Shown: positions 1-14,060, counted from the stretch's first letter. The stretch is 64,000 nt of DNA from Guillardia theta CCMP2712 (GCF_000315625.1 NW_005434635.1:186001-250000), one strand, 5' to 3'. Numbers and translations are program-made. The notes: generated by a model from the letters alone, not told the origin.

Positions 1-1050
1 CTATCTCCACCGACCCCGCCATTCATCCTTGGACTCATCGTCTCCTGCTCCTGTTTCCTTTCTGGTCCCTTTCCCCACCCATGACATCAAAATGCCGGTG
101 ACTCGTCTCTCTGCTGCTTACCACCCTCCTACCCCACTCAAAATTTCACCCCACCCAGGCATTTCAATCATTTATCTTCAGATTTGCAGAGTACCCTTTT
201 ATATTCTGGTAAAACACCGGGTAGTCGCCCATCAGTCAGCACCCCAGCCAAAGTGGATAAATTGAAGAAATCAACCCCAACCCCCCCAAAATCAACATAA
301 AGTAAACAATCCCCACTCCCCCTGCACTCAAGAACCCCACCTACCCTCTTCCCCTGCTTTCACGTGTTCTAGTAGGGGTCTTCTCACTTTTGAGTAATAA
401 CCGTCAGATAACCACTTGCTCCGCAGGCCGTAACGTACACGTGATGGAGATATTGCCAGTGAGCCCTGGGCGGCTTTTGAAGTATATTTCAAGTAGTCAA
501 TCTAATTTTCAAATAGTGAGATTAATTCTATGTAACACCGTCGATAATAACCCGCCAAACTTTCAGGTCTCATTAGGTCAAGTGTGGATGCAGCGATTTG
601 CCAATTAACTTAAATGATTAACCGTTCGCATATATCCATTTAATTGTAATAAGTGTTGTAATTAATAAAAGATTTAGCTTAATACCCTACCTACCATTTC
701 CCTGCTTGTAAGGCTTATAAAGGTGGGTTCGTTCAATCGCTCCAGCTGCGAGCGGAGCACTTTACCACACAAATCTCCCTTGGGTTTTAAAAACAATAAG
801 TGACACCTGATGATCCTGGTACCTTCGGCGATGTATCCCTTCCTAGGACACCAAGCCCTATCAGCTATGGAGGAAAAGATTGCTACAGGGGTATTCAGCG
901 GTTCCACATTAGGGGTAGGGGTGATTGGGTGGAGGGGGTAGGGGGTGGTAGAGTCTGGGCTGCTGCGCCATGGTGTTGTGGAGAGGGAAAGAGGGAGGAG
1001 GTTGTTGAGGAAAGGCTACGACCAGGACACTTGCGAAGTAGAACAAAGAA

Positions 1051-4000
1051 ATGAGCGCCTCCAACCAACCACACGCAGCAAAACTGCTTCTGCTGATGGC
1101 TTGCTGTGTGCTATTTGCATTCAGTGTGGTCCAGGCAGCGTCGGCAAAGGCATTCATGAAAACTCCGAAGTACAGAACTATGACAATAAATACCAACAGC
1201 ACATCTTGTGCAACCAAGGATTGCGATGTTATGACTTCAAGGTCAATCACAATCAATGAACCATGTGACGAAGATCTGTATGGAATGGTATGTACACAGT
1301 CTTGCAGCATGGACAAGAACTGCAGCGGGCACGGGCGGTGTCGCGGGAAGGACGGGACGTGCAAGTAAGTAGGAGCGGACGAAGGCAGGAGAGAGGCAGG
1401 AGAGAGGCCAGGCCAGAGGGAGGGAGGGAGAGATGAGACCGCAGGCAGCAGGACAGCGCGGGAGGGGTACGGAGGGAAGGGGAGAGGGCTGAGCCCCAGA
1501 GGCGAGGGGGCAAGCAGACTGGAGGAGGCCTAGGCGGAGAGGGAGGAGGCAAGAGGAGAGGTCGACCAGGAGCAAGAGGAGGCGGCGCACAGGGGGGAGG
1601 GAGGGCGAGGGAGAGAGACATGGGATGGGGGGCTGACGAGGGAGTGGTGCAGGTGCTTCCCAGGATACACAGGAGACACGTGCTCGCAAGAGTCGTCTCA
1701 GCCCGGCCATGGAGGCGGAGCCTGCGCGAGCACGGAAGACTGCGGAGGGCCCGAGCGGGGCGAGTGCAAGCAAGGAACGTGTGTATGCAAGGAGGGCTTC
1801 GGAGGCCAGACTTGCTTGCCTTGCTCGGAGGACCAGTACGGGACCGTGTGCGGACAGGAGTGCTCGATGGACAAGAACTGCAGCGGGCACGGGCGGTGTC
1901 GCGGGAAGGACGGGACGTGCAAGTAAGTAGGAGCGGACGAAGGCAGGAGAGAGGCAGGAGAGAGGCCAGGCCAGAGGGAGGGAGGGAGAGATGAGACCGC
2001 AGGCAGCAGGACAGCGCGGGAGGGGTACGGAGGGAAGGGGAGAGGGCTGAGCCCCAGAGGCGAGGGGGCAAGCAGACTGGAGGAGGCCTAGGCGGAGAGG
2101 GAGGAGGCAAGAGGAGAGGTCGACCAGGAGCAAGAGGAGGCGGCGCACAGGGAGGAGGGAGGGCGAGGGAGAGAGACATGGGATGGGGGGCTGACGAGGG
2201 AGTGGTGCAGGTGCTTCCCAGGATACACAGGAGACACTTGTCTCGAATATTTGTTTTCTCCTTCCAATTCTTCAAGGTTATTTTTCTCTTTAATTCACAC
2301 GTTGATTTACTTTTTTTCTGTTTCAGGCTTTCTTCGAGTATCTACGGCACGACGTTTGTTGCGAACTTATCACCCATTTCGACTACACCAGCGCCTACGA
2401 CGAGATCTACTAAGCCAGCGCCTACGACGAGCACGACTGCACCAGCGCCTACGACGAGCACGACTGCACCAGCTCCTGCTACCAGCACGACTATACCAGC
2501 GCCTACGACGAGCACGACTACACCAGCGCCTACGACGAGCACGACTGCACCAGCGCCTACGACGAGCACGACTGCACCTGCACTTACCACGAGCACGACT
2601 GCACCAGCGCCTACGACGAGCACGACTGCACCAGCGCCTACGACGAGCACGACTGCACCAGCGCCTACGACGAGCACGACTACACCATCGCCTACGACGA
2701 GCACGACTACACCAGCGCCTACGACGAGCACGACTACACCAGCGCCTACGACGAGCACGACTACACCAGCGCCTACGACGAGCACGACTGCACCAGCGCC
2801 TACGACGAGCACGACTACACCAGCGCCTACGACGAGCACGACTGCACCAGCGCCTACGACGAGCACGACTACACCAGCGCCTACGACGAGCACGACTACA
2901 CCATCGCCTACGACGAGCACGACTGCACCAGCGCCTACGACGAGCACGACTGCACCAGCGCCTACGACGAGCACGACTGCACCAGCGCCTACGACGAGCA
3001 CGACTACACCAGCGCCTACGACGAGTTCCACTTCCCCAATTCCTGTTCAAACAACTCCTGTGTATCCTTCAACATACTTCAGGCTAGCAAAAGCTGTTCT
3101 GCAAACATTGGAAGACAGCCATGATCTTGATACAGTTGCTTCTGTCGCAACAGATATTCACGTGCTCAGTACTGGAGCTTTTTTTGTGTTGTCCAGCATT
3201 GCAAGCGACGAAGTCTTATTTGTTGGTGAACCCTTTTTGGATTTGCAAGGTACGTTACATTCAATTTTGAAAGGCAACGCTTATGGCAACTCCATTTGGA
3301 ACGTCAGCCTTGTTGATGGCAACAAGACTTATTTTTCTCATGTTGTATTACGTATCAGCATTCTGCCTGTGAATGACCCACCTTCGTTTGTTGTCCCGGG
3401 CCAGTCTCTCGTGGTAACTCACTTGGGATTTAATTTCGTTCCTGGCGCGATTTTGAATATCTCCGCGGGACCTTCTAATGAAGCGCACGGTCAGAATGTC
3501 TCATTTAGGATTTTGACTTGGAATGGACCGCGAAACATGCTTTTATCAAACGTTGTTTTGTCATCAGATGGTGTATTATCGTTCAATGCTTCTTCGTTGA
3601 ACACCGGCCCTGTCCAATTCTCTGTGGTAGCTCAGGACAATGGCGGAACCCAGAATGGTGGAATTGATGTTTCGGCCTCGATGACATTAACGTTCATCTT
3701 CGTGAATGTTCCACAAGGCGTAGCTCAAGTCATCTTGAATCAATTGTCTTTGAACAGACTTTCTGTAACTTGGTCGTATACTGATGTTGGTTTGCTGTAC
3801 GAAGGAACGAACACTCATTTCAAAATTTCAGTGAAACTTGCAAATATCACAACGGGAACATACCGTGCTTTTGAAATGACTCAAAACCTTTCCATCTGTT
3901 CAGATTCGTGCATTATTAATCTAGATGACATCCGCCCAAGATCCATGGTCACAGTTGGCATTACTGTTACAAACATTGCAGGTAGCAGCATTGAAAAAAT

Positions 4001-7000
4001 AGCAAGGATTGTGATGGAGGCGAGTAATTTACCGCCGTCGTTTACGGTTGTCTCGTCATTCACTGCAATTGAGGACGCTGGCCTTGTTAGTGTCGCAAGG
4101 GCTGCATATGATATCTCTGCAGGGTCTCAAGAAGAAAATTCGCAGAAGTTGACATTTGTAATCTCAACAAATTTACCAACAGCTTTCACAAGGTTTCCTT
4201 CCATCGATTCGCATAATGGAAGCTTGACGTTTCAGACACTGTTGAACTATAATGGATTCATCAACTGTACTGCATGGTTGGTGGATGACGGTGGCACGAA
4301 TTACGGTGGAGTGAATATATCTCGCGTTCATTACTTCGACATCATAATCCTTTCTGTAAACGATCCTCCCACATTTTTGCTGACAAGTACTTCGATTACT
4401 TTGTTGGAAGACTTTGGTTCGTACGTTCAAGATGGCTTCGCTTACAACATCCTTTCAGGCCCAGTTGATGAACGATGGCAATCATTAACTTTCAGTATGG
4501 TATGTGTTGGTGGTTCGAAAAGTATCTTCAGCAGTCTTCCATCCTTGAACAATGATGGCACCTTATCTTTCTCAGGAAGCCAACCTTGTCGGGATCGACG
4601 AATTGGACAATTCAACTCCATGACAACGGTGGAGATGTGCTAGGTCAATCATATTCTGCCGTTGAACTGTTGGAAATTGTTGTCTTACCTGTCAATAATC
4701 CTCCAACTTTTGTTTTGGAACCTTCACTTGCTGTATACCAACAATTTGGAGAGATCAGTGTGCAGGTCGCTAGGGACATGTCACCAGGCCCTCCTGACGA
4801 AAGTGGCCAAAAAATGACATTCACCATGAGACAGCTGACAGGTTCTATCAATTACTTCACGAGCACACCATCCATTGATCAAAACGGTTTCTTGTCTTTC
4901 TCCAGAATACCTGGAGCCTTCGGTCAGTCGAATTGGAGCGTATCGTTGACTGATGATGGGGGACAGCAGTATGGCGGAATTCCGACATCCACAAAAGTCT
5001 TCACTTTCTTCCTGTATGGAACTCCATCACAAATCTCTGGATTACAATATTACGTAAGAAATTCCAACGTAGTGATCACTTGGCAGCAGCCAGATCTGAT
5101 GCTGACTTCACAACAGCTTCTGGGATCTTACAACCTTGTACAAACATTTCTTGTATCTTTTAGAGAATGCACGGATAGTTGTGTCCTAACATCCAGCATC
5201 GAGGTGTCCAGAAGTCAGTGTCATACTAACTGCAGTGTGACTGTCCAACTGAAGGTTGGACTTACATACTCAATCTCTGTCATAGCCAAAAACTCAGCTG
5301 GCCAGGCGGATGCAGTTTTCCAGCGGATATTCTTACCGGATCTAACTCCCATGTTAGATTATCTGTCTGTATCAAGTGGAGACATGACAAGCACAACACC
5401 CTGTGCGGTGACTATCAAAAACTTCCCTCAGCTTTCCAAGGAAGGATATGTCATACGAATCAACAACAAGATGGCCTTCGGGGTCACAGATTCTTATTTC
5501 GTCCCATCGACTTCTGATACGGCATCTAAGTTGACCTTGACATTCAACATTCCTCCATGGAATGCAGCGCAAGTTGTAAACGTCACTGTAGGTTTGGCAG
5601 CAAGTCCTGATACGTTCGTGTACTTCGTGTTCGAATACTATTCCAACAACATTCCTCGGATTGCTCTTGTGTTCCCAACGATAGCATCGACTTTGGGTGG
5701 CGATTCAATACGAATCACGGTATCGAATATATTTGAATCGACCACCAACGTGAGTGATTGGCTATTGAAGTTTGGAAACAAAACTTCTCTTGTTGTCTCA
5801 TCATCAAAGATTACTTCCAATGATGTGTCTCTCGTTGTAAGAAGTCCCGAACAGAGTCAAATAGCGACAGAGAGTGTCATCTCTGCAGAAGCGACATTCA
5901 GAGGATTTGCCATGAATTTCGCCTTTCAGGTAGTGCCTCCATGCCAGTATCAAGAATTTTGCAGCAAAACCAACGCTAACTACATGGCTGACGATTACCT
6001 TCTAGCATATGATCCTCCCCTCTCGTTGGCATGTAACGTCAAGTACTGCTTAGATGCATCAACATTCACTCCGATGAAGTTGATTTCGCTTGCTCCATCA
6101 ACAGGAAACACCAAAGGGGGAACTCCACTCCTGATGTCAATTGCATCGGATACAATCATTTCTGCACAGGCTGGTGGAATTCAGGTTTCCTACAACGGTA
6201 ATCCTCTGAAAACTAGCATAATGCAGACGATGAAAGTAACAACCATCAACATCACTTCGCCGCAATTCAACTCGCCTTGTTGTTGTGGGAGGAATCGAAC
6301 ATGCGTTGGGACTTTAAGCGTGGTCAATCTGATACCCAAGAGAACCACGACAATCTCCATAGACTTCATTGCAGACATTGAAGGACCACCTAATATCGTT
6401 TCAATCTATCCTGGTTGCGTTTCTTCGATGCCTTCCAATTGCGACAACTCGCCAATTCTCACCTCACAACGTGCCAACATTTTACTGGATTTGAGAAACT
6501 TTCCCAAGTTGGATCCTTCGGACCTAGGTAGTGTGAAAATGGAGTTTCAGGCTGACCAGAATGCCGCTATTCAGATCTTGTCAAGTACGAACATGCTGAC
6601 TAAGCTAAACGTAAGCTTTTTGTCTCCGTCGTCTGATGGACAGTTTGCCGGAAGAATATGGGCTTTAGGATACGAAAAAAGCGAAACGTTTCTCATTTAC
6701 GTGCAGAATCCACCAACACCAACGATTTTGAACTACTTTCCCGACAAGTTTACAGGAGGACAGATGGTTCAGCTGCAAGCACAATTGACGGATTTGACAG
6801 AATACTTCAATTTGACAGATGTCAGTGCAGTATCGTCGACGAATCAAATCTTCACTCCAACATTCAGCATCATTACAGGTGCATCAAAGGGGTCAGCAAC
6901 TTTGCGAATTTCGTTCCTTACACTCTTACCGAACTCAGCGTTTCAGCTAAAAATCCACATAAGGCGTATTTCGAACAAAGAAGATTTCTATCTCACTTTC

Positions 7001-10000
7001 AATTTTGAGGTTTCTGCTGCGTCATATATTGGTTATGTCTATCCCAGCTCGGGCCAGGCTCTCAGCAGTACACAAGTAAATGTAGTTATTTACAATTCGA
7101 TTGCCCTTGCAGGCAGTGTGCTGTATGCCCGCTTTGACAATCAAGTTGCGAGCGTCAACACAGTAGGAGCAGCGAACCAAGACTCAAGCACTCTCTACCT
7201 CAGTTTTATCACGCCGTTGATATCCACGGTTGGCGCGATTTCATTCTGCATCACCAGTGACCGCAATACTTGTGGAGACTTGTCAAGTCAGTTCCTCTCA
7301 GTGCCGCCACCTGCGTCAACATTTAGACGAGCATCTTCTGAGGGAGGAACCGATATGGAAATAGAGTTCTACGGGACCAGCAACACTGTTGCCGTATATG
7401 CTTTCCTTCCTACATTTTCTGGCGTGCAAAAGTCTCAGATTGTATCAAGTAGAATATCCAGCTGCAATTCGGCATCATTCTGCTTTTCAAGAGTGAAGGT
7501 GCAGGCTCCAAAGTCAATTGATGCATCAGATGTACTTGTTCAGCTGGTTAACGGGGACATTAAACAAAATCTCACCATATCCTACTTCCTACTTCCTAAG
7601 ATTGTGTCTGTAAAACCAACTGGGTCGTCTGTCAGGGGTGGAGATCCTATTAGGATCTCTCTCAACAATTTCCCTTCGATTTCTACTGCTTTGGACGTTG
7701 AGGTTTATTTCGGTTCAACCCGAGCCAGAGTTTCGCAAGTCGTGGGAAGCAACGACATCATCTGCGAGTCTCCTGCGTCCACCACAATTGGAAGCGTTCA
7801 GCTATCCATCATTCCATCCACGATCAGTTCGTTGCAGGAGAGAGCAGATATGACTGTGGCAAGCCCGTTCTCTTACACTCGTCCAGTCGCACAAGTGTTG
7901 GGCATGGTTCCATCCCGAGGCTCATTACAAGGAGGAGTCGTTGTCAGGATGACAATTTCTCATTTCCCGCATACTTTGACAGAGTCTGATGTGTCGATCG
8001 TCTTTAGTGGAAAGCAGCAGGCAGTAGTCACCAAGATCGTACAGTCAGACTCATCTTCAGGTGAATCTATCGTTGACGTCATGATGCCTGCTCTTCCTGT
8101 AGGGTTGCAACAAGCTGACCTCGTGGTGCATGACACCTACGACTCTGCCGCTGTCTTCTACTTTGAATCCTACGACTCGACTGTGCAGCTCACATGCTAC
8201 CGACTTGCAGCATACAATCTCAACAGTCCCGTAAACATTGCTGGCGACTGCAAGGGGGGCGTAGATGGAACCGATTTTCTTCTTCTTGGATTGACTAACA
8301 TTGGGCAAATTGGATCGTTCGGCGATTTGGCCATCAGTTTCGGTTCGGAATATGCTACAGTCGGGAAGCTGATCAATTCTACCCTTCAAAAGACTTATGT
8401 AGTTGTGTCGGTGCCTCCCAACAACTTCTACACAGTCTCAACAGTGATAGATCTGACCGTCTCTAACGTGAAGACAATCCTCAGCAACTTGCAGGGAAGA
8501 GGGAAATTTCAGTACATTGCGGCTCCGAGTTTGTTCTCCTCCTCATTTGATCCATTAGGCTCTTCTTTGACCGTTACATTCTCGGACAGCACCAACATCT
8601 TTTCTCTGCAAATCTCTCAGCTGTCAAGTTGCTCCTCCTTCCTTGACACCGGAACTTCACAACCGTTCGGGAAGTCTGCCAAGTGCACGTGGGTGAACGA
8701 TTATACTTTGAGTATCATCCTGTCTTATGATAGTACAGTTGTGGTCAATGACATTCTAAGGCTAAAGACAGGCGTTATCAAACATGTTTCAGGCCTCGGA
8801 CCATTTTCGAGCGGAAATATCCAGATTCAAGGCCCCAGTCTTCTCATTAAACCTGTCTTTCAGCTGTCGGGACCGCAACAGGTGGGTCCTTGCGATGATG
8901 CAGAGATAATGGCCCTGGGAACGTTCTCAAGGCCTCTGACATACTCTTGGAGTTGTCTGGGGTGTTCAAATGCTGTACAAACCCGACTCTCGCTTGCTAC
9001 AAGTGATGTTATTGTTCTATCCAGTTCTGATCTCTCGAACTCTGGGAACTCCTACCTGATACAAGTGTACGGTGTTAACTTTCTCGGAGTCAAGAGTGAC
9101 ACACTCAGCCTCCGGTTTGACCGAACTTCTCTGCCCATTCCAGTTGTAAGTTTGTCAGGATTCGACACGTACTCAAAGAATGACGACATCATCATAGAGG
9201 CAAAAACTGCATTCTCAAGATGCAGCGCGGAGATGGAATTGCAATTTGCTTGGGAGCAAGTCAATCAAGCGAATGCCTTGACATCTGGAATGATACCTGC
9301 TTCTGTGCTTGCAAGAAATACTCCTACATTCTTTTTGCCCAAAGGTACCCTGATGGTGCCTGGACCGTATTCGCTCAGACTGACCGTGACCCTGCCGACA
9401 AACCCTCCCACGTCAACGACTGTGAGCACATCTTTCACGCTCCTAGCCTCAGCTCTTGTTGCTGTCATCCGGAACGGAGATTCCACGATAGGTCGAGGAA
9501 GCTCACAGTTGAATCTAGATGCATCAGGTTCGAAGGATCCTGATTTCACTGGAGGTCAGGAGGACCCGACCTTGAGCTTTGTGTGGAGTTGCAAAGTCCA
9601 GGGAATGATTTGCAGGGATCGAGTGAGTAACATACCGTTTTCATTTCCCAGCGCTGCCAAACTTTCGATGTACACAGAAGGATTTGACGTTAATGTTCAA
9701 TATCTTTTCACCATTGAAGTTAGAAAAGACTCACGAGTTGCTAGCACAACCACCACCATGACATTCGTTGACGAGTACGTTCCAATCACCACAATATCAT
9801 CTACGTCGACGATGCTGGTGAAGGGCGAAAATGTTCTCAACCCGTTTCAGACCTTGGCCATCGTTGAGTACTCTTGCACATCGTGCAGCTACTATCAATG
9901 GCAACTTGTGGACCAAGGGACTACTATTGTTCTTTCTGAGACAAGCAACGAACTCTTCGTGCCCTCATCATACTTCCAACAAGGTCGATACTACACCGTC

Positions 10001-13000
10001 ATCGTCACAAGTTTTCAAGAACCAGCTGCTGGTCAATATTGCAGTGGCATGTGCAAAGGATCCGCATTCTTCCAGTTTCGAGTCAATCGTGCTCCTTCAG
10101 GTGGCCAGTGTGCGGTCCAGCCCACGGCAGGCTACGAGTTGGACACGAAGTTCCAAGTGCAATGTGGAAGTTTTTCTGACACTGATTTGCCGCTGTCGTT
10201 TCAGTTCAGTTACAACGTCAAGAATGGAAGTGAAGCACCCGCTTTCACCCCTTCGTCATCGCCCATTCGAAACCTCTACCTGCCATCAGGAGAAGTAGAC
10301 ATTTCTGTAATTGCAATCGACAGTTTGGGAGCTCAGTCACTTTATGTCCTTGACCCCATCGTCGTCCTTCCCATCTCTGCCATCGCTCCGACAGCTGCGC
10401 AGCAAGCCCTTGACACGTTCGTTCAGTTGGGAAAATCTTCTGATTTCAGCAATTATGCCATCTCCTTGACGCAGAAGCTTTCCAAGGATAGTCTGAGTCT
10501 TCGGAGACTGGCTCGTCGCCAAGGCATCCAGACTGACAATGTCATGATTCGGAGTAATGCTGTCATTTCATTGTCGCTGATTATCTCAAAACAAGTGCCG
10601 TCTGCTGGCAATGTCTTGCAGACCATCGGTACCTTAACGTTCCTTGTAAACAGTTCAGAACCTTTGACCATGGAGGCCGCCGTCATTGCTGTTGACATTT
10701 TGAACAATATTACTACTTTGATCCCAGCCGTCTTTGAGCTTTCACTTGCTAGGCCTGACGTTCAACAAATCTATTACATAGTTTCGAAACTGAAAGACCA
10801 GACGTTGGCAACGAGTGTGCTATCAGTTTCTACAAAGACAAATTGCATGAGCAAGCTTGTGACATCTACGTCTATTGCAACTTACCATGGTGTCTTCGAC
10901 TTCATTTCCCCTCAAAATAATTTGATTTGTGACTCAATGTGTGCCTCAATGAACAATCAGATTGTCATGTACAAATGGAAATCCGACTTTGCAAAGATAC
11001 TTGAACCCACAGACATGCCGTATAAATCGCAATTCATGCAGGTGAACATCTCTGAAGGAATATCAGTCTATATATCTCCTAGTGCAGAACAAAGCACCTC
11101 TTTGTATGTCTACATGTATCTTTGGAAACGACCGTTACAGACAAACAACCCTTCTGAAACTCTTATTTCTGACGCGCATCAATTCATTCTTGGTTACAGT
11201 ACCCAGGGCGGGGTCAGAATGTCTGTGGGTTTGTTGAGATATGTAACAAGGATTCCTGTGACTCAAACGGACCTTTCGAGAACACTATGGCACTGCTTGT
11301 TGTGGACAGATGGTTGGAGCAGCAAGGTTTGTTCTCCTGTCGGATTTGCATCGAATGTTGCGATTTGCGATTGCAATCAACATGGTTTGATGGCCATCTC
11401 TACCTCTACAGTCGACATATGTGGTAAGTGGCAACCGCCAACAAAAATGTCTCCAAGTCTTGAATTTCTCACGCTGAATTTGCAGGTGACGGACGAGTCA
11501 CTGGTTCGGAGCAGTGCGACGATGGAAACCTTTTGAGCTCAGACGGTTGCAGCGCAAGTTGTGTACTAGAAAATGGATTCCTGTGTGAGCGCGGGAACAG
11601 TATTCTTCCCACCAAATGTGTCAAGACAAGCTCTGGTCCAAGCTCTGCACAATGCAAACCACAGATGCTGGGGCTGAACTGTGAGTTACTCTGCCTTGGT
11701 AGAATCGTCGACAACCAGTGTACCGCCCAGACATCGCGACCGCTCCTGACTAGAGCTGAGTCTGTGGACGGATCTCGCGGAGCAAATGTTTCTTTGGAAG
11801 GTTGGGGGAATCTCAGCCTACCCGCTGGATTCTACAACGGCAAGCTGGATTTGACCGTTAGTGTCTATGACCAGGTTCCTCTTTCATCTGAGCCTGGCAA
11901 TGGTCCAACCCTCGTCTTTGAGCCAACCGGCGTGATATTTTCCAAGGCACTGACACTTGAGTTGTCCACAATGCACATCAACGAAGCAAATTCAGTGCCT
12001 GTTGCCCTGTATTATCTCAATCCTGCGGACAACTCATGGGAATATGTGCAGAGCAGTCTCGACGCTGGAACTATGACTCTCACAGCTTACCTGCAACACT
12101 TTTCAATCTATGCTGTCCGTAAACAATCAGCAGACAATCAACCAGCCGTGGATCAATCAACTCCATCAGCGAATGCTTCGCTGTCTCAGGATGCAGCAAC
12201 ACCTTCGAAGAAATCCAACTTACAACTTATTGTTGCCATCGCTGTCGCCTGCGGTGCGGGAGTACTGGGATTTTCCCTCGTCACATATTACAGGCGAACG
12301 ATCCTCAAGAAATTGAAATATACCAGTTCCCCGTCCATGACCCAACAGTCAACTTCTATATCTGTCGACATCCCGTCCACTGGAGAAAGTCACACTCTTC
12401 ACTCTGAGCTGTTAGAACCATCACTGCCGCAAGGCTTGAGTTCCCAGCAATCACAGCAAACGATCAGCATCGATGTATCTCCAAACAAAGGCAAAACGAA
12501 TGAGCAAGCGGTCGCCAGCATCGCTCCCACACTGCAGGGCCAGGAGGTCGCCAGCATCGCTCCCACGCCTCTGGGCCAGGAGGTCGCCAGCATCGCTCCC
12601 AAGCCTCTGGGCCAGGAGGTCGCCAGCATCGCTCCCAAGCCTCAGGACCAGGAGGTCGCCAGCATCGCTCCCACACTGCAGGGCCAGGAGGTCGCCAGCA
12701 TCGCTCCCACACTGCAGGGCCAGGAGGTCGCCAGCATCGCTCCCACGCCTCTGGGCCAGGAGGTCGCCAGCATCGCTCCCAAGCCTCAGGACCAGGAGGT
12801 CGCCAGCATCGCTCCCACGCCTCTGGGCCAGGAGGTCGCCAGCATCGCTCCCACACTGCAGGGCCAGGAGGTCGCCAGCATCGCTCCCACACTGCAGGGC
12901 CAGGAGGTCGCCAGCATCGCTCCCACGCCTCAGGACCAGGAGGTCGCCAGCATCGCTCCCACACTGCAGGGCCAGGAGGTCGCCAGCATCGCTCCCAAGC

Positions 13001-14060
13001 CTCAGGGCCAGGAGGTCGCCAGCATCGCTCCCAAGCCTCAGGACCAGGAGGTCGCCAGCATCGCTCCCACACTGCAGGGCCAGGAGGTCGCCAGCATCGC
13101 TCCCAAGCCTCAGCAGCAATCGGAAATTTCAATGGATGCTGAGGCGCAACCAGAGGTGGCAGTTGCTGAGAAGCCGAAAAGGCTTGAGGGAATTCGACCG
13201 GGTCTTGTAGCGCGGATGATCGAGAAGCAGAAGCAGCTAGCGGTTGAAAGCTCTAAACCGGTCAGCAAGAAGGAAGTCTATCCGTCGTTCATGATCGATG
13301 ACGATGAAAACTCTAACGATGCCTCTGAGGAGGATGAAGTGTCGGACAAGGAACCAGAAAATGAATTGAAGCCCAGCGAGGTGGTACAAGAGGAGCGAGA
13401 GATGGAGGAGGAAGAAACTTCAAAGCTGGTAAGTGATGTGATGTACAACTCTGAAGTTGACTCTTTGTTGGAGGATGAGGACCATCTGAATGTCCGACCC
13501 GAGGAGAGCTCTGCTGCCCTCAAATCAAGCAAGGAGACAGGGAAGGAAAATCGTGCAGCCAAGAAGGTTCAGGTGCAGGCTTCGTTTGAGAGCTCCCTGA
13601 ACAAGGAGGTAGCCGGGTCATGTTCTCTCACTTCCTCGATTGACACTCGGCAGCAGGATCCCGACGCAGTACAAGTTATTGGCCCATCGTATGTCGATCC
13701 GGTCGTCCTGGAGCACAGGTGGGCCCAGCATACTCGTCTTCGCGCCTTCGCCTTACATATTTCTGCTGCTCCTCCTCTTGCCTCCGTCGGCCTGCTTTTT
13801 CCTTTCCACCGTTTCAATTTCTTACCTTGTTGTGCAGATTCTTTGACCAGGAAGTGGAGTACAAGAAGATGGCAGCTGAGGCACTGAAAAAGCTCCGAGC
13901 CGAAGGTGTGCTCGGTGCTGCAACTGCCGAGCTGGGACTCTACACTGGGCCGAAGACTCTGGAAGCCAGCGATGCAGCGCAGAAAGTCAACGAGCACAAG
14001 AAACGGCAGGTCAAGTTCCAGACGATTAAGAAGAAGTTTCAGACGCACGATCAATCATGA
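1051..14060 (+). CDS. Giant (~4,070 aa) single-pass polycystin/REJ-like cell-surface protein; 6 exons, one apparent 1-bp frameshift near 4584
   Basis: Exons 1051-1364, 1653-1922, 2211-2276, 2327-11423, 11486-13718 and 13838-14060 join in frame through GT-AG introns. Signal peptide; EGF motifs (CSGHGRC..C.C.PGYTGDTC); PTS repeat; cadherin-like repeats (PVNDPPSF...DNGG); FN3; IPT/TIG (P..GS..GG); REJ (LDASGSKDPD, VNRAPSGGQCAVQP); GPS-like (C..W..GWSS..C...CDC); CGDG...EQCDDGN..DGCS repeat; ZU5-like (QHFSIYAV); one TM (LIVAIAVACGAGVLGFSLVTYY). Confidence 0.85.
1308..2237 (+). repeat. Direct repeat (period 558 bp) of an EGF exon end plus a 288-bp purine-rich intron
   Basis: 1308-1679 is nearly identical to 1866-2237; introns 1365-1652 and 1923-2210 are almost the same sequence. 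Confidence 0.95.
2388..3025 (+). repeat. 27-bp coding minisatellite (PAPTTSTTA/T, about 23 units), mucin-like stalk
   Basis: Repeated unit ccagcgcctacgacgagcacgact(g/a)ca. Confidence 0.95.
12505..13113 (+). repeat. 36-bp coding minisatellite (QEVASIAPxxxx, about 17 units) in the cytoplasmic tail
   Basis: Repeated unit caggaggtcgccagcatcgctccc plus a variable 12 nt. Confidence 0.95.

Noticed and set aside
2251-3087. Alternative-frame and antisense ORFs over the 27-bp repeat
   Set aside because: Stop-free by-product of the minisatellite
12451-13210. 36-bp repeats with variable spacers resembling a CRISPR array, plus shadow ORFs
   Set aside because: The variable parts are only 12 nt and reused, the repeat is in a coding frame, and there are no cas genes
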